Shown here: positions 26,407 through 34,299 of the stretch, one piece after another
How positions within the stretch are numbered: position 1 is the stretch's first letter
Layout: the number at the start of each line of letters is the position of its first letter
Source: an uncultured Planctomycetales bacterium
GTDB taxonomy: Bacteria > Omnitrophota > Gorgyraeia > Gygaellales > Profunditerraquicolaceae
Length of the DNA: 40,715 nt
Assembly (NCBI GenBank): GCA_964487475.1
Contig: CAZAPM010000004.1
Coordinates: 101,755 to 142,469, forward strand
Reading direction: 5' to 3'
Notes under the pieces: model-generated
Databases searched by the model: none
What the model was told of the DNA's origin: nothing
What the model saw: the letters and a program-made list of their open reading frames with translations, nothing else
Made by a program: the position numbers and the translations under genes

Positions 26407-29298
26407 CTACCCCTGGGTCAGGATACGCATGAACACTTCGACAATGGAGGGATCGAAACGTTTGCCGCTGTCTTCTTTGATGATATCGATGGCCTGCTCC
26501 CTGCTGAACGCCCGGTGGTACGGCCGGTCGGAGGTAAGCGCCTGATACACATCCGCAAGCGCCACCACCCGGGCGCCCATCGGGATCTCCTCCCCCTTAA
26601 GCCCCTCGGGATACCCCTTCCCGTCCCAGCGCTCATGATGATACAGGATGAGGGGGATCAGGGAATGGAAGAAATGGATGGGCCGCAGGATATCCACCGC
26701 GATACGGGGATGCTTCTTGATCTCCTCGAACTCCCGCGGGGAGAGCTTGCCCTTCTTCAGGAGGATCTTCTCGCTGATGCCGATCTTGCCCAAATCGTGC
26801 AGCATGGAAGCCTGGCGGATCATCTCCACCTCATACCCCGTCAGCCGCAGCCCCTTGGCGATCTCGGTGGCGTACTGCACCGTGCTTTCCACATGCTTGC
26901 CGGTATAATAATCCTTCAGCTCGATGGTCTTGGCGAAGCCGAAAATGGCTTCCGTGAAATTCCGGTGCGCCCGCCGGTTCATCCGGTCGATCTGGTCCTT
27001 CAGGGAACGCACGTCCTGCCGCTCGGCCACCGCGATACGCACGGATTTCTTCTCGATATCCTGCGAACTGTAGACCCGGTTGCCGCCGTCCTCCTTCACT
27101 TTTTCGATGATCTTCTCGGCGTGCTCGATCAGCTCGGGCGCCTTGTTCACCTGGTCATCGGGATAGGAGGTCACGGCAACGCTCATCTTGAGCTTTACCG
27201 CCACCCGCTTATTGCCGAAATTATAGAGATTGACGGCATCCAGGAGCCGCTGCCCCAGCAGGAGCACTTTATTACGGTCCGTTCCCGGACACAGCACCAC
27301 GAAGGATTCCCCGTCGTAACGGACGATGATATCATACCGGCGCACCAGCTTTTTCAGCTGGCTGACGAACTGCTTGATCACCAGGTCCCCAAAACGGTGC
27401 CCGTAGACGTCGTTGACCGATTTGAAATAATCGATATCGAGCATGATCAGGGAAAGGGAGTGGCCGTAACGGCTGGCCCGGTAATACTCCGACTCCAGGA
27501 CCTCCGCCAGGAAGTGATGGTTATACAGCCCGGTCTGCGTATCCCGCAGGGACAGCTGCTTCAGCCGCTTGTTCGATTTGACCAGGTCGCGGGTCAGTTT
27601 CTCCCTTTCCATCTCGACCTTGCGGCGCTCGGAGATATCCCGCACGTACTCGATCACGCCGTTAAGTTCCCCGGTCAGATGGTCAAACAGCGGGAAGGAA
27701 TACAGCTCCAGCCACCCCACTACCTTTCCGTTCTTGCCCCCCTTGGGGATCACCTCAAAAGCCGCTTTTTTGGTCCGCAGAGTCTTCAGTGTGGGGCATA
27801 TCTCGCAGGGCTCTTTGCGGTTATGGTACGCCTCATAGCATTTCTTCCCTACGAGAGGCAGCGTATACGCATGCCACTTTTCCAGCGTCTCGTTGACGCT
27901 GAGGATGGTCAGGTCCTTGTCCAGGATGGAAACCCCGTCCTGAATGCTGGAAAAAACGTTCTCCAGGAAACGCTCCTTTCCCCGGAGGGCGCGCTCCATC
28001 TCCTTTTGCCTGGTCAGGTCGGTAAAGATCCCCTGCACGAGCTTCTTTCCGGAATACTCGATCACACTGCCGGCGATATCCCCTTCGACGGTCGAGCCGT
28101 CCTTGCGGCAAAGCAGGGCATCCTCGATCACTCCCCTGCCGCTGCGGATCACGTTCCTAAACAGCGCCTGCGCCCGCGACACCATGGATTCCGGGGCGAG
28201 CTTGTCGATAGGCATGCCCGCGAGCTCCTCCCGGGAATACCCCAGCAGTTCCTGGGCTTTTTTGTTGCCCTCGATCACTCTGCCCTCCAGATCGAGCAGC
28301 ATGATCGCATCGTTGGCATCCTCGGTCAAGGCATAGTATTTCTGCCGGGACTCCTGCAGTGACTGCTCGGCACGGGCATGCATGATGGCGTTGGCGAACA
28401 TCTCCCCTGCGATACGCAGCAAAGGCAGCGCCTCATCCGGCCAGGCACGGGGGGCCCTGACCGCATCGAACCCCAGGAACCCGATCACGTCCCCCTTCCA
28501 GAGAAGCGGGACGTTGAGAATCGATTGTATCCCCTGCGCCTGGAATTCCTTTTTTTCATTCCCCGCTTCGGGAGGAAGGGAATCCACATGCGGCATATGG
28601 ACCACTTCCATCTGTTTGATCCGCCGCATGAACCAGGGGAAACAGGCGACCGGGGCATCCTGCACCCGGTGTTTCTGCGGAGGGATACCCAGGCCGCACC
28701 ATTCATACGCGTTCGTGACCTTGCTGCCGTCCTCGGAAAAAAGGAAGATGTAACTTCTGTCGGCATTGACGAACTGGGCGATCTCTCCCAGCGCCCGGAC
28801 GATACCGGGTCCGACCTCCTCGGGCAGCAGGTTGATGAACTTATTGGAAAGGCTTACCAGGAGGTTATCGAAGGCGATACGATAGCGCAGCGCGCTTTCC
28901 GCACATTCCTTCTCCCGGGTAATGCGCCTCTTGATCAACAGGCTTTTCACCGCAGGCGCAAGCCGGTAGAGATGCGGACGGAGGATATAATCGCTCGCGC
29001 CGGCCTTGAGGCAATCCACCGCCTGCTCCGGTTCCGGAGCATTGCTGATACAGATGAAAGGCGTCGTATTCGAATATGCTTCCAGGAGTATGAATGGTTC
29101 CCACGAGGTGAATCCGGGAAAAGGATAGGCAGAGATGATGACGTCGGGATAGAAGGAATTGAGGAGGCGTACGAACTCCTCCCGGGTGGATGACCGGGCT
29201 ATCTCGACATCATACCCCGCATCAACAAGCTGGCTCCTGACAGCCTGCTCATCGTCTGGGGCATCAGAGATTAGGATGATTCGGATGGTTTCCGGCAT
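26407..29298 (-). CDS. c-di-GMP signalling protein: atypical REC-GAF-PAS-PAS-degenerate GGDEF-HD-GYP
   Basis: REC-like N-terminus, GAF (ADRSYIF...GIQSILNVPL...GFLGFD), two PAS domains, GGDEF fold with RYDGESF, and HD-GYP (HDLGK, HHERWDGKGYP, RPY). ATG 29298 preferred over GTG 29316 from the promoter position. Confidence 0.9.
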   Translation of the reverse strand: MPETIRIILISDAPDDEQAVRSQLVDAGYDVEIARSSTREEFVRLLNSFYPDVIISAYPFPGFTSWEPFILLEAYSNTTPFICISNAPEPEQAVDCLKAGASDYILRPHLYRLAPAVKSLLIKRRITREKECAESALRYRIAFDNLLVSLSNKFINLLPEEVGPGIVRALGEIAQFVNADRSYIFLFSEDGSKVTNAYEWCGLGIPPQKHRVQDAPVACFPWFMRRIKQMEVVHMPHVDSLPPEAGNEKKEFQAQGIQSILNVPLLWKGDVIGFLGFDAVRAPRAWPDEALPLLRIAGEMFANAIMHARAEQSLQESRQKYYALTEDANDAIMLLDLEGRVIEGNKKAQELLGYSREELAGMPIDKLAPESMVSRAQALFRNVIRSGRGVIEDALLCRKDGSTVEGDIAGSVIEYSGKKLVQGIFTDLTRQKEMERALRGKERFLENVFSSIQDGVSILDKDLTILSVNETLEKWHAYTLPLVGKKCYEAYHNRKEPCEICPTLKTLRTKKAAFEVIPKGGKNGKVVGWLELYSFPLFDHLTGELNGVIEYVRDISERRKVEMEREKLTRDLVKSNKRLKQLSLRDTQTGLYNHHFLAEVLESEYYRASRYGHSLSLIMLDIDYFKSVNDVYGHRFGDLVIKQFVSQLKKLVRRYDIIVRYDGESFVVLCPGTDRNKVLLLGQRLLDAVNLYNFGNKRVAVKLKMSVAVTSYPDDQVNKAPELIEHAEKIIEKVKEDGGNRVYSSQDIEKKSVRIAVAERQDVRSLKDQIDRMNRRAHRNFTEAIFGFAKTIELKDYYTGKHVESTVQYATEIAKGLRLTGYEVEMIRQASMLHDLGKIGISEKILLKKGKLSPREFEEIKKHPRIAVDILRPIHFFHSLIPLILYHHERWDGKGYPEGLKGEEIPMGARVVALADVYQALTSDRPYHRAFSREQAIDIIKEDSGKRFDPSIVEVFMRILTQG

Positions 29299-29306
29299 GT
29301 AGGAAA

Positions 29307-29336
29307 AGTATACCACATGCGCTTCTTAAGCGTCAA
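29307..29336 (-). promoter_or_regulatory. Sigma70-type promoter of the HD-GYP gene
   Basis: TTGACG-N18-TATACT with extended TG. ATG follows 8 nt after the -10. Confidence 0.6.
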
Positions 29337-29463
29337 GGTTGGCACATATAATGGTAGTTTTCTTCATAACTTTATTATTTTCAGTTATTTATGCCCGTAA
29401 TACTACCTGCGGAGCGCAAATATCGGGAAAACGCTTTCCCGGATCCCGGCAGGAGGTCCGCAC

Positions 29464-29500
29464 AAAAAAACCCGCGCCGCCCGATCAAGGCAGCGCGGGT
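29464..29500 (-). terminator. Rho-independent terminator after the YqaE/Pmp3 gene
   Basis: Minus-strand stem ACCCGCGCTGCC/GGCGGCGCGGGT (one G-U), 7-nt loop, then a T-tract. Confidence 0.82.
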
Positions 29501-29519
29501 AATTTGCCTGACTAACCGC

Positions 29520-29684
29520 TTATTTTTTATCGGTGAGCACCAGCCACAACGCGTGCACCACTCCGGGAATACCTCCCAGCAGGGTAAGCACAATATTGAC
29601 CCAGAATTGCGTGGTGACCTTTACCTGGAGATACGCTGCGACCGGCGGAAGGATCAAAGAAAAGATGATCTTGACCAATTTCAT
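29520..29684 (-). CDS. YqaE/Pmp3 family small membrane protein
   Basis: ILPPVA...FWVNIVLTLLGGIPGVVHALW. ATG 29684 preceded by AAAGGGGG. Confidence 0.92.
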   Translation of the reverse strand: MKLVKIIFSLILPPVAAYLQVKVTTQFWVNIVLTLLGGIPGVVHALWLVLTDKK

Positions 29685-29718
29685 ACATCCCCCTTTCTGT
29701 TGTGACACCTGCTCCGGT

Positions 29719-30150
29719 TCACCAAAAACGCTTCTGTACGAACAGCATGACCGCGCCCAGCGCGATCTGCCCGCACGCGAACCACCTCAACACGTGAAGA
29801 GGAACCCGCTGCATGAACTCCGATATCTTCTGGCGCGAAGCCTTTTTGGCTTTCTGATAGAGAAGCGCCAGCCCGACCACCGCCGCACCCGCGGCCAGCA
29901 AACCTCCCCGCGCAGACAGGGAGAACACTGCCGAGATCACGAAAAGGAACGCCAGCAGCAGCACGCCTTTGATCTGACCGAAGCCCATCCCCGCCATCTT
30001 GGCCCTGGCCCGCTTCGGCCAGGCCAGCATCATCACCCCTGAGATCACCAGGAACCAGCCCAGGACGAACACGAATATGCCCGTCCTGCCGAGCAAAAGA
30101 TCGAAGACCTTATACGTCCAGCTCTTAATCCCTGCGATGAACGCCATCAC
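29719..30150 (-). CDS. Hypothetical multi-pass membrane protein
   Basis: About four hydrophobic helices. Overlaps the DUF4126 stop by 4 nt. Confidence 0.65.
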   Translation of the reverse strand: MMAFIAGIKSWTYKVFDLLLGRTGIFVFVLGWFLVISGVMMLAWPKRARAKMAGMGFGQIKGVLLLAFLFVISAVFSLSARGGLLAAGAAVVGLALLYQKAKKASRQKISEFMQRVPLHVLRWFACGQIALGAVMLFVQKRFW

Positions 30151-30749
30151 GCCCGGACCTCCGCCTGTTGCGGGATCATGAACCGGAACACTTTCCGGGC
30201 AAAACGGAACATCTTTTTCAGGAGCCAGAAGGTAAAGGCGATCAAACCGACGATCACCAGAGAAGCGATAATGGGATGCTGCACGATAAGATACAGCACC
30301 GTGCCCACCGTCACATCCTCGGTCACGCTGGCAACGGAATTGGAAAGAGGCTCGGGTGACGTGTTGATCGCCAGCCTGGTGGTAGCCTTAGCCAGGTGGG
30401 ATTGCAGGGATACCGCTCCGGTAAGGATCCCGACACCTGTCTGCAGCAGCGGGCCGGCTCCGGCAGTGGCGAGGAACCCCAGCAATGCGCCTCCGAGAGG
30501 CCGGATAAAAGTGTGCGCCGCATCCCAAGCAGAATCCACATACGGGATCTTATCCGCAACGAATTCAACCAGATACAAGAAGACCGCAAGAATGATGAGC
30601 AACGGATGGGAAATGACCTTGAGGTCTCCGGGAAGGGTAAGCCAATGCATGCGGTGCGCGATCCCTAATCCGGCCATGGTCAGGTACATATTGACACCGG
30701 AAGCCCAGGAACCGCCTGCCAGAACGCTCAGAGAATTAAAGAACTCCAT
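30147..30749 (-). CDS. DUF4126 family membrane protein
   Basis: SWASGVNMY, EFVADKIPYVDSAWD..HTFIRP and NTSPEP.SN..AS.TED. ATG 30749 after AAGGGGG. Confidence 0.9.
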   Translation of the reverse strand: MEFFNSLSVLAGGSWASGVNMYLTMAGLGIAHRMHWLTLPGDLKVISHPLLIILAVFLYLVEFVADKIPYVDSAWDAAHTFIRPLGGALLGFLATAGAGPLLQTGVGILTGAVSLQSHLAKATTRLAINTSPEPLSNSVASVTEDVTVGTVLYLIVQHPIIASLVIVGLIAFTFWLLKKMFRFARKVFRFMIPQQAEVRA

Positions 30750-30753
30750 CTCA

Positions 30754-30788
30754 CCCCCTTGCAGTGGTATTATACCGCTGCAAGGGGG
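30754..30788. repeat. 35-bp near-perfect inverted repeat centred on a -10 box
   Basis: CCCCCTTGCAGTGGTAT-T-ATACCGCTGCAAGGGGG, 17-bp arms with one mismatch. Confidence 0.9.
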
Positions 30789-30797
30789 GAAAATCAA
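30769..30797 (-). promoter_or_regulatory. Sigma70-type promoter of the DUF4126 unit
   Basis: Minus strand TTGATT-N17-TATAAT. Confidence 0.65.
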
Positions 30798-30801
30798 CTG
30801 C

Positions 30802-32126
30802 CTATTTCACGCGCACCGAAGCGGTGTTGGAATACGCGGAAACCTTGCCCAGGGAATTGCTGAATGCCTGCACCCGGTAATAATACGTCGCGCCTCTGGT
30901 CCCGGTATCAATGAAGGTTTTTATCCCGGCCCCGGCCTGGCCTATCCGCTGAAAGGCGCCGACGCCTCCCTTGACCTTCAACGCACGCTCGATATAGAAC
31001 CCCTCCTCGTTCGAGGAGTTATCCGCCCAGGTCAGGGTAATTGCCGTTGAGGAAGCCTTCACCGCCAGCCCGGAAGGGGCCAGTACCGTATTCGGATCCG
31101 GCGCAACCGTGATCACGGCGTTCGCAGCTCCGGTCGCACCCTGCGCATCGGTCACGGTAAGCACCGCGGTGAACGCGCCGGACTGCGAATAGGTGTGGCT
31201 CGCCTGTNNNNNNNNNNNNNNNNNNNNNNNNNNNNNNNNNNNNNNNNNNNNNNNNNNNNNNNNNNNNNNNNNNNNNNNNNNNNNNNNNNNNNNNNNNNNN
31301 NNNNNNNCTTATACTGCCAGGAATTGATGTAGGTGGGGAAATTAAGCACGTATCCGTCGAGAAGCATCTGCTTGACCAGCGCGATCCCGCTGTCCTGGTT
31401 GGTGCTGGCCACGTACCCGTAACGGTCGAACCGGCGGGATATCGCCGCACGCCACACCGCAGGATCAAGGCTCCAGGCCCGGTAATCCGCGTCATAGGGG
31501 AACTCCTGCCACGAAGCGATGCCGTTCTTGATGCCGATATCGAAGCACCAGTAATACCAGCTTCCGCTGTCCGCGCCGCCGTTTACCATATTATAGGTCC
31601 ACTTGGGGCTTAACCGCAGCGCATCGGACCCGCTCTTGGCATCATACCCGTTGGCCTTCGCCAGCATGTAGGTCATGGTGTAATACGTCCCCGAGAACGA
31701 TCCGCACGAACCGATCGAACCCTGGCTGCGGATAGGAGGAAAATACGGCAGCACGCTGTTATCTACCGACGGAGGGATCACCTCCAGCGCGGAATCCACG
31801 CCCGTCTCCGCGATCGCCCCGGCAAGACCGGCTTCGGTCGCGAGCTCCAGGCCGTCCTCCACCTTCGCCTCCTCGGGAAGCAAAGGCATACCCCTGAACC
31901 GACGGTGCTCGTTCACGCGCTCCAAACCCAGCGCGTTAAGCTTCACTTTCTTCACCCGGTGGTGCGTTCTCTCGATCACCTTGATCTCATCGGCGGTCAA
32001 TTCAGGAAGGCCGGTCTTATGCGCATCCTGATCGGAAGGCAACTGCTGTGAGAACGAAATGGAAAGAGGAAATAAAGCCGTTACCAGAACACTTGCCAGT
32101 GCCGCGATCGCTTTTTTGAGTATCAT
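30802..32126 (-). CDS. Secreted papain-like (C1A) cysteine protease with C-terminal PKD and FN3 domains, interrupted by an assembly gap
   Basis: Signal peptide from ATG 32126 (RBS CAGGAGG), PPIRSQGSIGSC catalytic motif and LSPKWTYN. After the gap: SHTYSQSGAFTAVLTVTD (PKD) and APSGL...LTWADNS.NE.GF.IER...YYYRVQA (FN3). Joining the two halves is an inference. Confidence 0.75.
31208..31307. other. Assembly gap (100 N placeholder)
   Basis: Run of exactly 100 N. Confidence 1.
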
Positions 32127-32300
32127 ATATCCCTCCTGTGATGTCCGTCTCGGATAAAATGACGCCAAGAAGAAAACTCTCTCACAAGGAATATGCCATA
32201 TAAAATAGAAATGTCAATGATTGGTAGAATATCGGGGGAGGAAAAATATCTTATTTCTTTTTGTTGCAGGGAGTTACGTTATATAGCAGTAGAAAGGCAG

Positions 32301-32870
32301 TTAGCGGGTACCGGCGCCCTGACACTCTTTTTCCATGATCTCCCCGGCTTCCTGCATCCTGAACTCTCTTGTGCCGGTCACATGGCATTCACGGGGAACC
32401 GCCTCGACGGAATAACCGTCATCCTTCAGATCAAGGGTGATCGAGTATCCGGGAGAGCTGTCGAATGACCCGGGCAGATATTCGCGCAGGTCATCCCCGC
32501 TCGAAGGATACCGGCCGTTATTCGCGGAGACGTAGGTTTCTACCGCGGTCGAGACCGTGCGCAGGGAAGACTTGGCTGCCGCCTCGTTCGCCGAGATGCG
32601 CGCGCGCAGGAGATTGGGGATGGCGATCGCCGCCATCAACGCGATCACCGGGATCACCAGGATCCCGACACTTCCCAGCACGATCCCCGCAATGGCCAAC
32701 CCCTCGCCTTTATATGTTTCTTTGTGCTTATTGATCTTGACCAATGCCACGATCCCCAGCACGACGGCCACAAGGCTGCACAGTATTCCCAGAAGCGGGA
32801 TGATGAAAAGGCATCCCAATACCAGGCTGGCGACTGCGATCCCAAGGGTCTTCCTTTGCGTTTCGGTCAT
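32301..32870 (-). CDS. DUF4190 domain fused to a type IV pilin/pseudopilin-like domain
   Basis: GIAVASLVLG...LGIVALVKI...GEGLAIAGIVLG (DUF4190), then IALMAAIAIPNLLRARISANEAAA...LRTVSTAVETY...GRYP (pilin helix) and a C-terminal Cys pair. Confidence 0.8.
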   Translation of the reverse strand: MTETQRKTLGIAVASLVLGCLFIIPLLGILCSLVAVVLGIVALVKINKHKETYKGEGLAIAGIVLGSVGILVIPVIALMAAIAIPNLLRARISANEAAAKSSLRTVSTAVETYVSANNGRYPSSGDDLREYLPGSFDSSPGYSITLDLKDDGYSVEAVPRECHVTGTREFRMQEAGEIMEKECQGAGTR

Positions 32871-32899
32871 GATACTTCCCTTTCCCTGTCCGTTTTCCG

Positions 32900-32908
32900 T
32901 GCTATACT
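32900..32908 (+). promoter_or_regulatory. Extended -10 (TGcTATACT), 6 nt before ATG 32915; probable leaderless transcript
   Basis: TGCTATACT-ATAGGT-ATG. Confidence 0.5.
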
Positions 32909-32914
32909 ATAGGT

Positions 32915-33238
32915 ATGGATGAACTCTGGCAGTTCATGGTCCCGCTGAAACCCCGGGTAGAAGAGCTCCTGCGCCTGCAATTCAATTTCGACAACCCCGT
33001 CTACGGCCTGGCCCTGCTCACCGCGCTGATCATTCTTTCCAGGAAGTGGGGCCTGAAAAAAGCCTTTTCCTACTGCCTGCTCACCGCCTCGGTGCTCTAT
33101 CTATCCACCCGGATCTCCGCCACCCTCAACGTTCCCATCGAAGGCTCGGGGGTAACGTACGCCGACGTCATCCGGGGCGCCGGGCTCTTCATCCTGGTGG
33201 TAGTCACGATCTACTATTTCTTCATCCGCAACGAATAA
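32915..33238 (+). CDS. Hypothetical small membrane protein (3 TM)
   Basis: Three hydrophobic segments. Fills the gap between flanking genes and has a promoter-like element directly upstream. Confidence 0.7.
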   Translation: MDELWQFMVPLKPRVEELLRLQFNFDNPVYGLALLTALIILSRKWGLKKAFSYCLLTASVLYLSTRISATLNVPIEGSGVTYADVIRGAGLFILVVVTIYYFFIRNE

Positions 33239-33257
33239 CCGGCCTTACCCAATCCCC

Positions 33258-34295
33258 TCAACGCCACAGTTCACTGCATACGTCCAGGATCTTTTTCGCC
33301 CGGCACAGGTACGTATACCCGCTGGAGATGCACCGCTCATACCCGGCGCGGGCGATCTGCCTGCGCTCGGCATCGTGCGTGATGTAATACGCGGCCTTCT
33401 CCCTCAGCTCCTGCAACGTGGAAAAATACACCGCCTCTTTATCCTCGGCGAAGAACTCGCAAGACTCGGGGCTGCGCTCGGCCAGGACGAAGGTCCCGCA
33501 CGCCGGCGCTTCGAAGGTGCGCATGTTATGGCACCCCTTATTCTGCTGGCGGAGGATGTTCAGGGAGATACCGCTGGCGCTGAACACCTTGCACATCTCC
33601 TCCCCGTAGAGCGGACGCTTGCGCCATTTCTTCCTCAAACGGGATTCTTTACACCGGCTCTTCCAGTACGACTCTCCCCATACCGCCAGATCGAACTCCA
33701 CCAGCTCCTTAAGCCAGTATTCCCGTTCCTCGTCCCAGTTCCCGATGAACACCAGCTCGTTCTTGTATTTGTCATACTCCGGTCCCTCGAGGGCCACGGG
33801 ATGATGCGTATCCGCATCGAAACCGAACGGCAGGTACTCCACCCGCTGCGCTCCCGCCTGCTTGAGCTGCTCCATGAGAAAACGGCCCCAGATGAAATAC
33901 ACATCATACAGGTATATGGACCTGCGGATCCATTCGTTGCTGGAGCCGAAATGTTTGACGTTGAAGGGATTATCCGTATTGAAACAGGCGAACACGGTGT
34001 CGGGCAGCGCGTTCTTTATCGCCATCAACAGGTAGGGATTGAAGAACCATCCCTTGAGCACGAGGATCAGGTCGGGCTTCTTCTCCAAAGCGACCCGGTA
34101 GAACTCTTTTTGCAGGAATACCGAAAAAGTCTTGAAGAAGACCCTTTTGGTGACCTTGGTCTTCAACAGCGCCAGCTGCTGGTTGTAGATCGCCTCATCG
34201 TCGAACACATCCGCGTGCGAGGCTAGGCCGCTTACCGCTTTTACCAGGGGAAAACGCTGACTGCCGCTGATGAGTATCCTGCCCGAGCTCTGCAT
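33258..34295 (-). CDS. CgeB-like glycosyltransferase (Glyco_trans_1_2 type)
   Basis: FNTDNP, YLPFGFD..H.P, VFIGNW...R and ISLNI...HNMRTFEAPACGTFVLAE...FFAEDKEAV.F. Confidence 0.85.
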   Translation of the reverse strand: MQSSGRILISGSQRFPLVKAVSGLASHADVFDDEAIYNQQLALLKTKVTKRVFFKTFSVFLQKEFYRVALEKKPDLILVLKGWFFNPYLLMAIKNALPDTVFACFNTDNPFNVKHFGSSNEWIRRSIYLYDVYFIWGRFLMEQLKQAGAQRVEYLPFGFDADTHHPVALEGPEYDKYKNELVFIGNWDEEREYWLKELVEFDLAVWGESYWKSRCKESRLRKKWRKRPLYGEEMCKVFSASGISLNILRQQNKGCHNMRTFEAPACGTFVLAERSPESCEFFAEDKEAVYFSTLQELREKAAYYITHDAERRQIARAGYERCISSGYTYLCRAKKILDVCSELWR

Positions 34296-34299
34296 GACG

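Noticed and set aside
26203..28362. 719-aa plus-strand ORF
   Set aside because: It lies antisense to the motif-rich GGDEF/HD-GYP gene and has no recognisable motifs. A typical shadow ORF of GC-rich coding DNA.
29400..29460. Possible c-di-GMP-I riboswitch near the HD-GYP gene (GCGCAAA plus hairpin)
   Set aside because: The motif is on the strand opposite the gene and upstream of the predicted promoter, and it lacks the GGCAAAC/GAAA-tetraloop P2 arrangement.
31152..31310. Apparent frameshift or pseudogene in the cysteine protease
   Set aside because: The frame change falls across a 100-N placeholder of unknown true length.
32193..32468. 91-aa plus-strand ORF in the AT-rich region
   Set aside because: It overlaps the pilin-like gene antisense and a promoter-like region, with no recognisable features.
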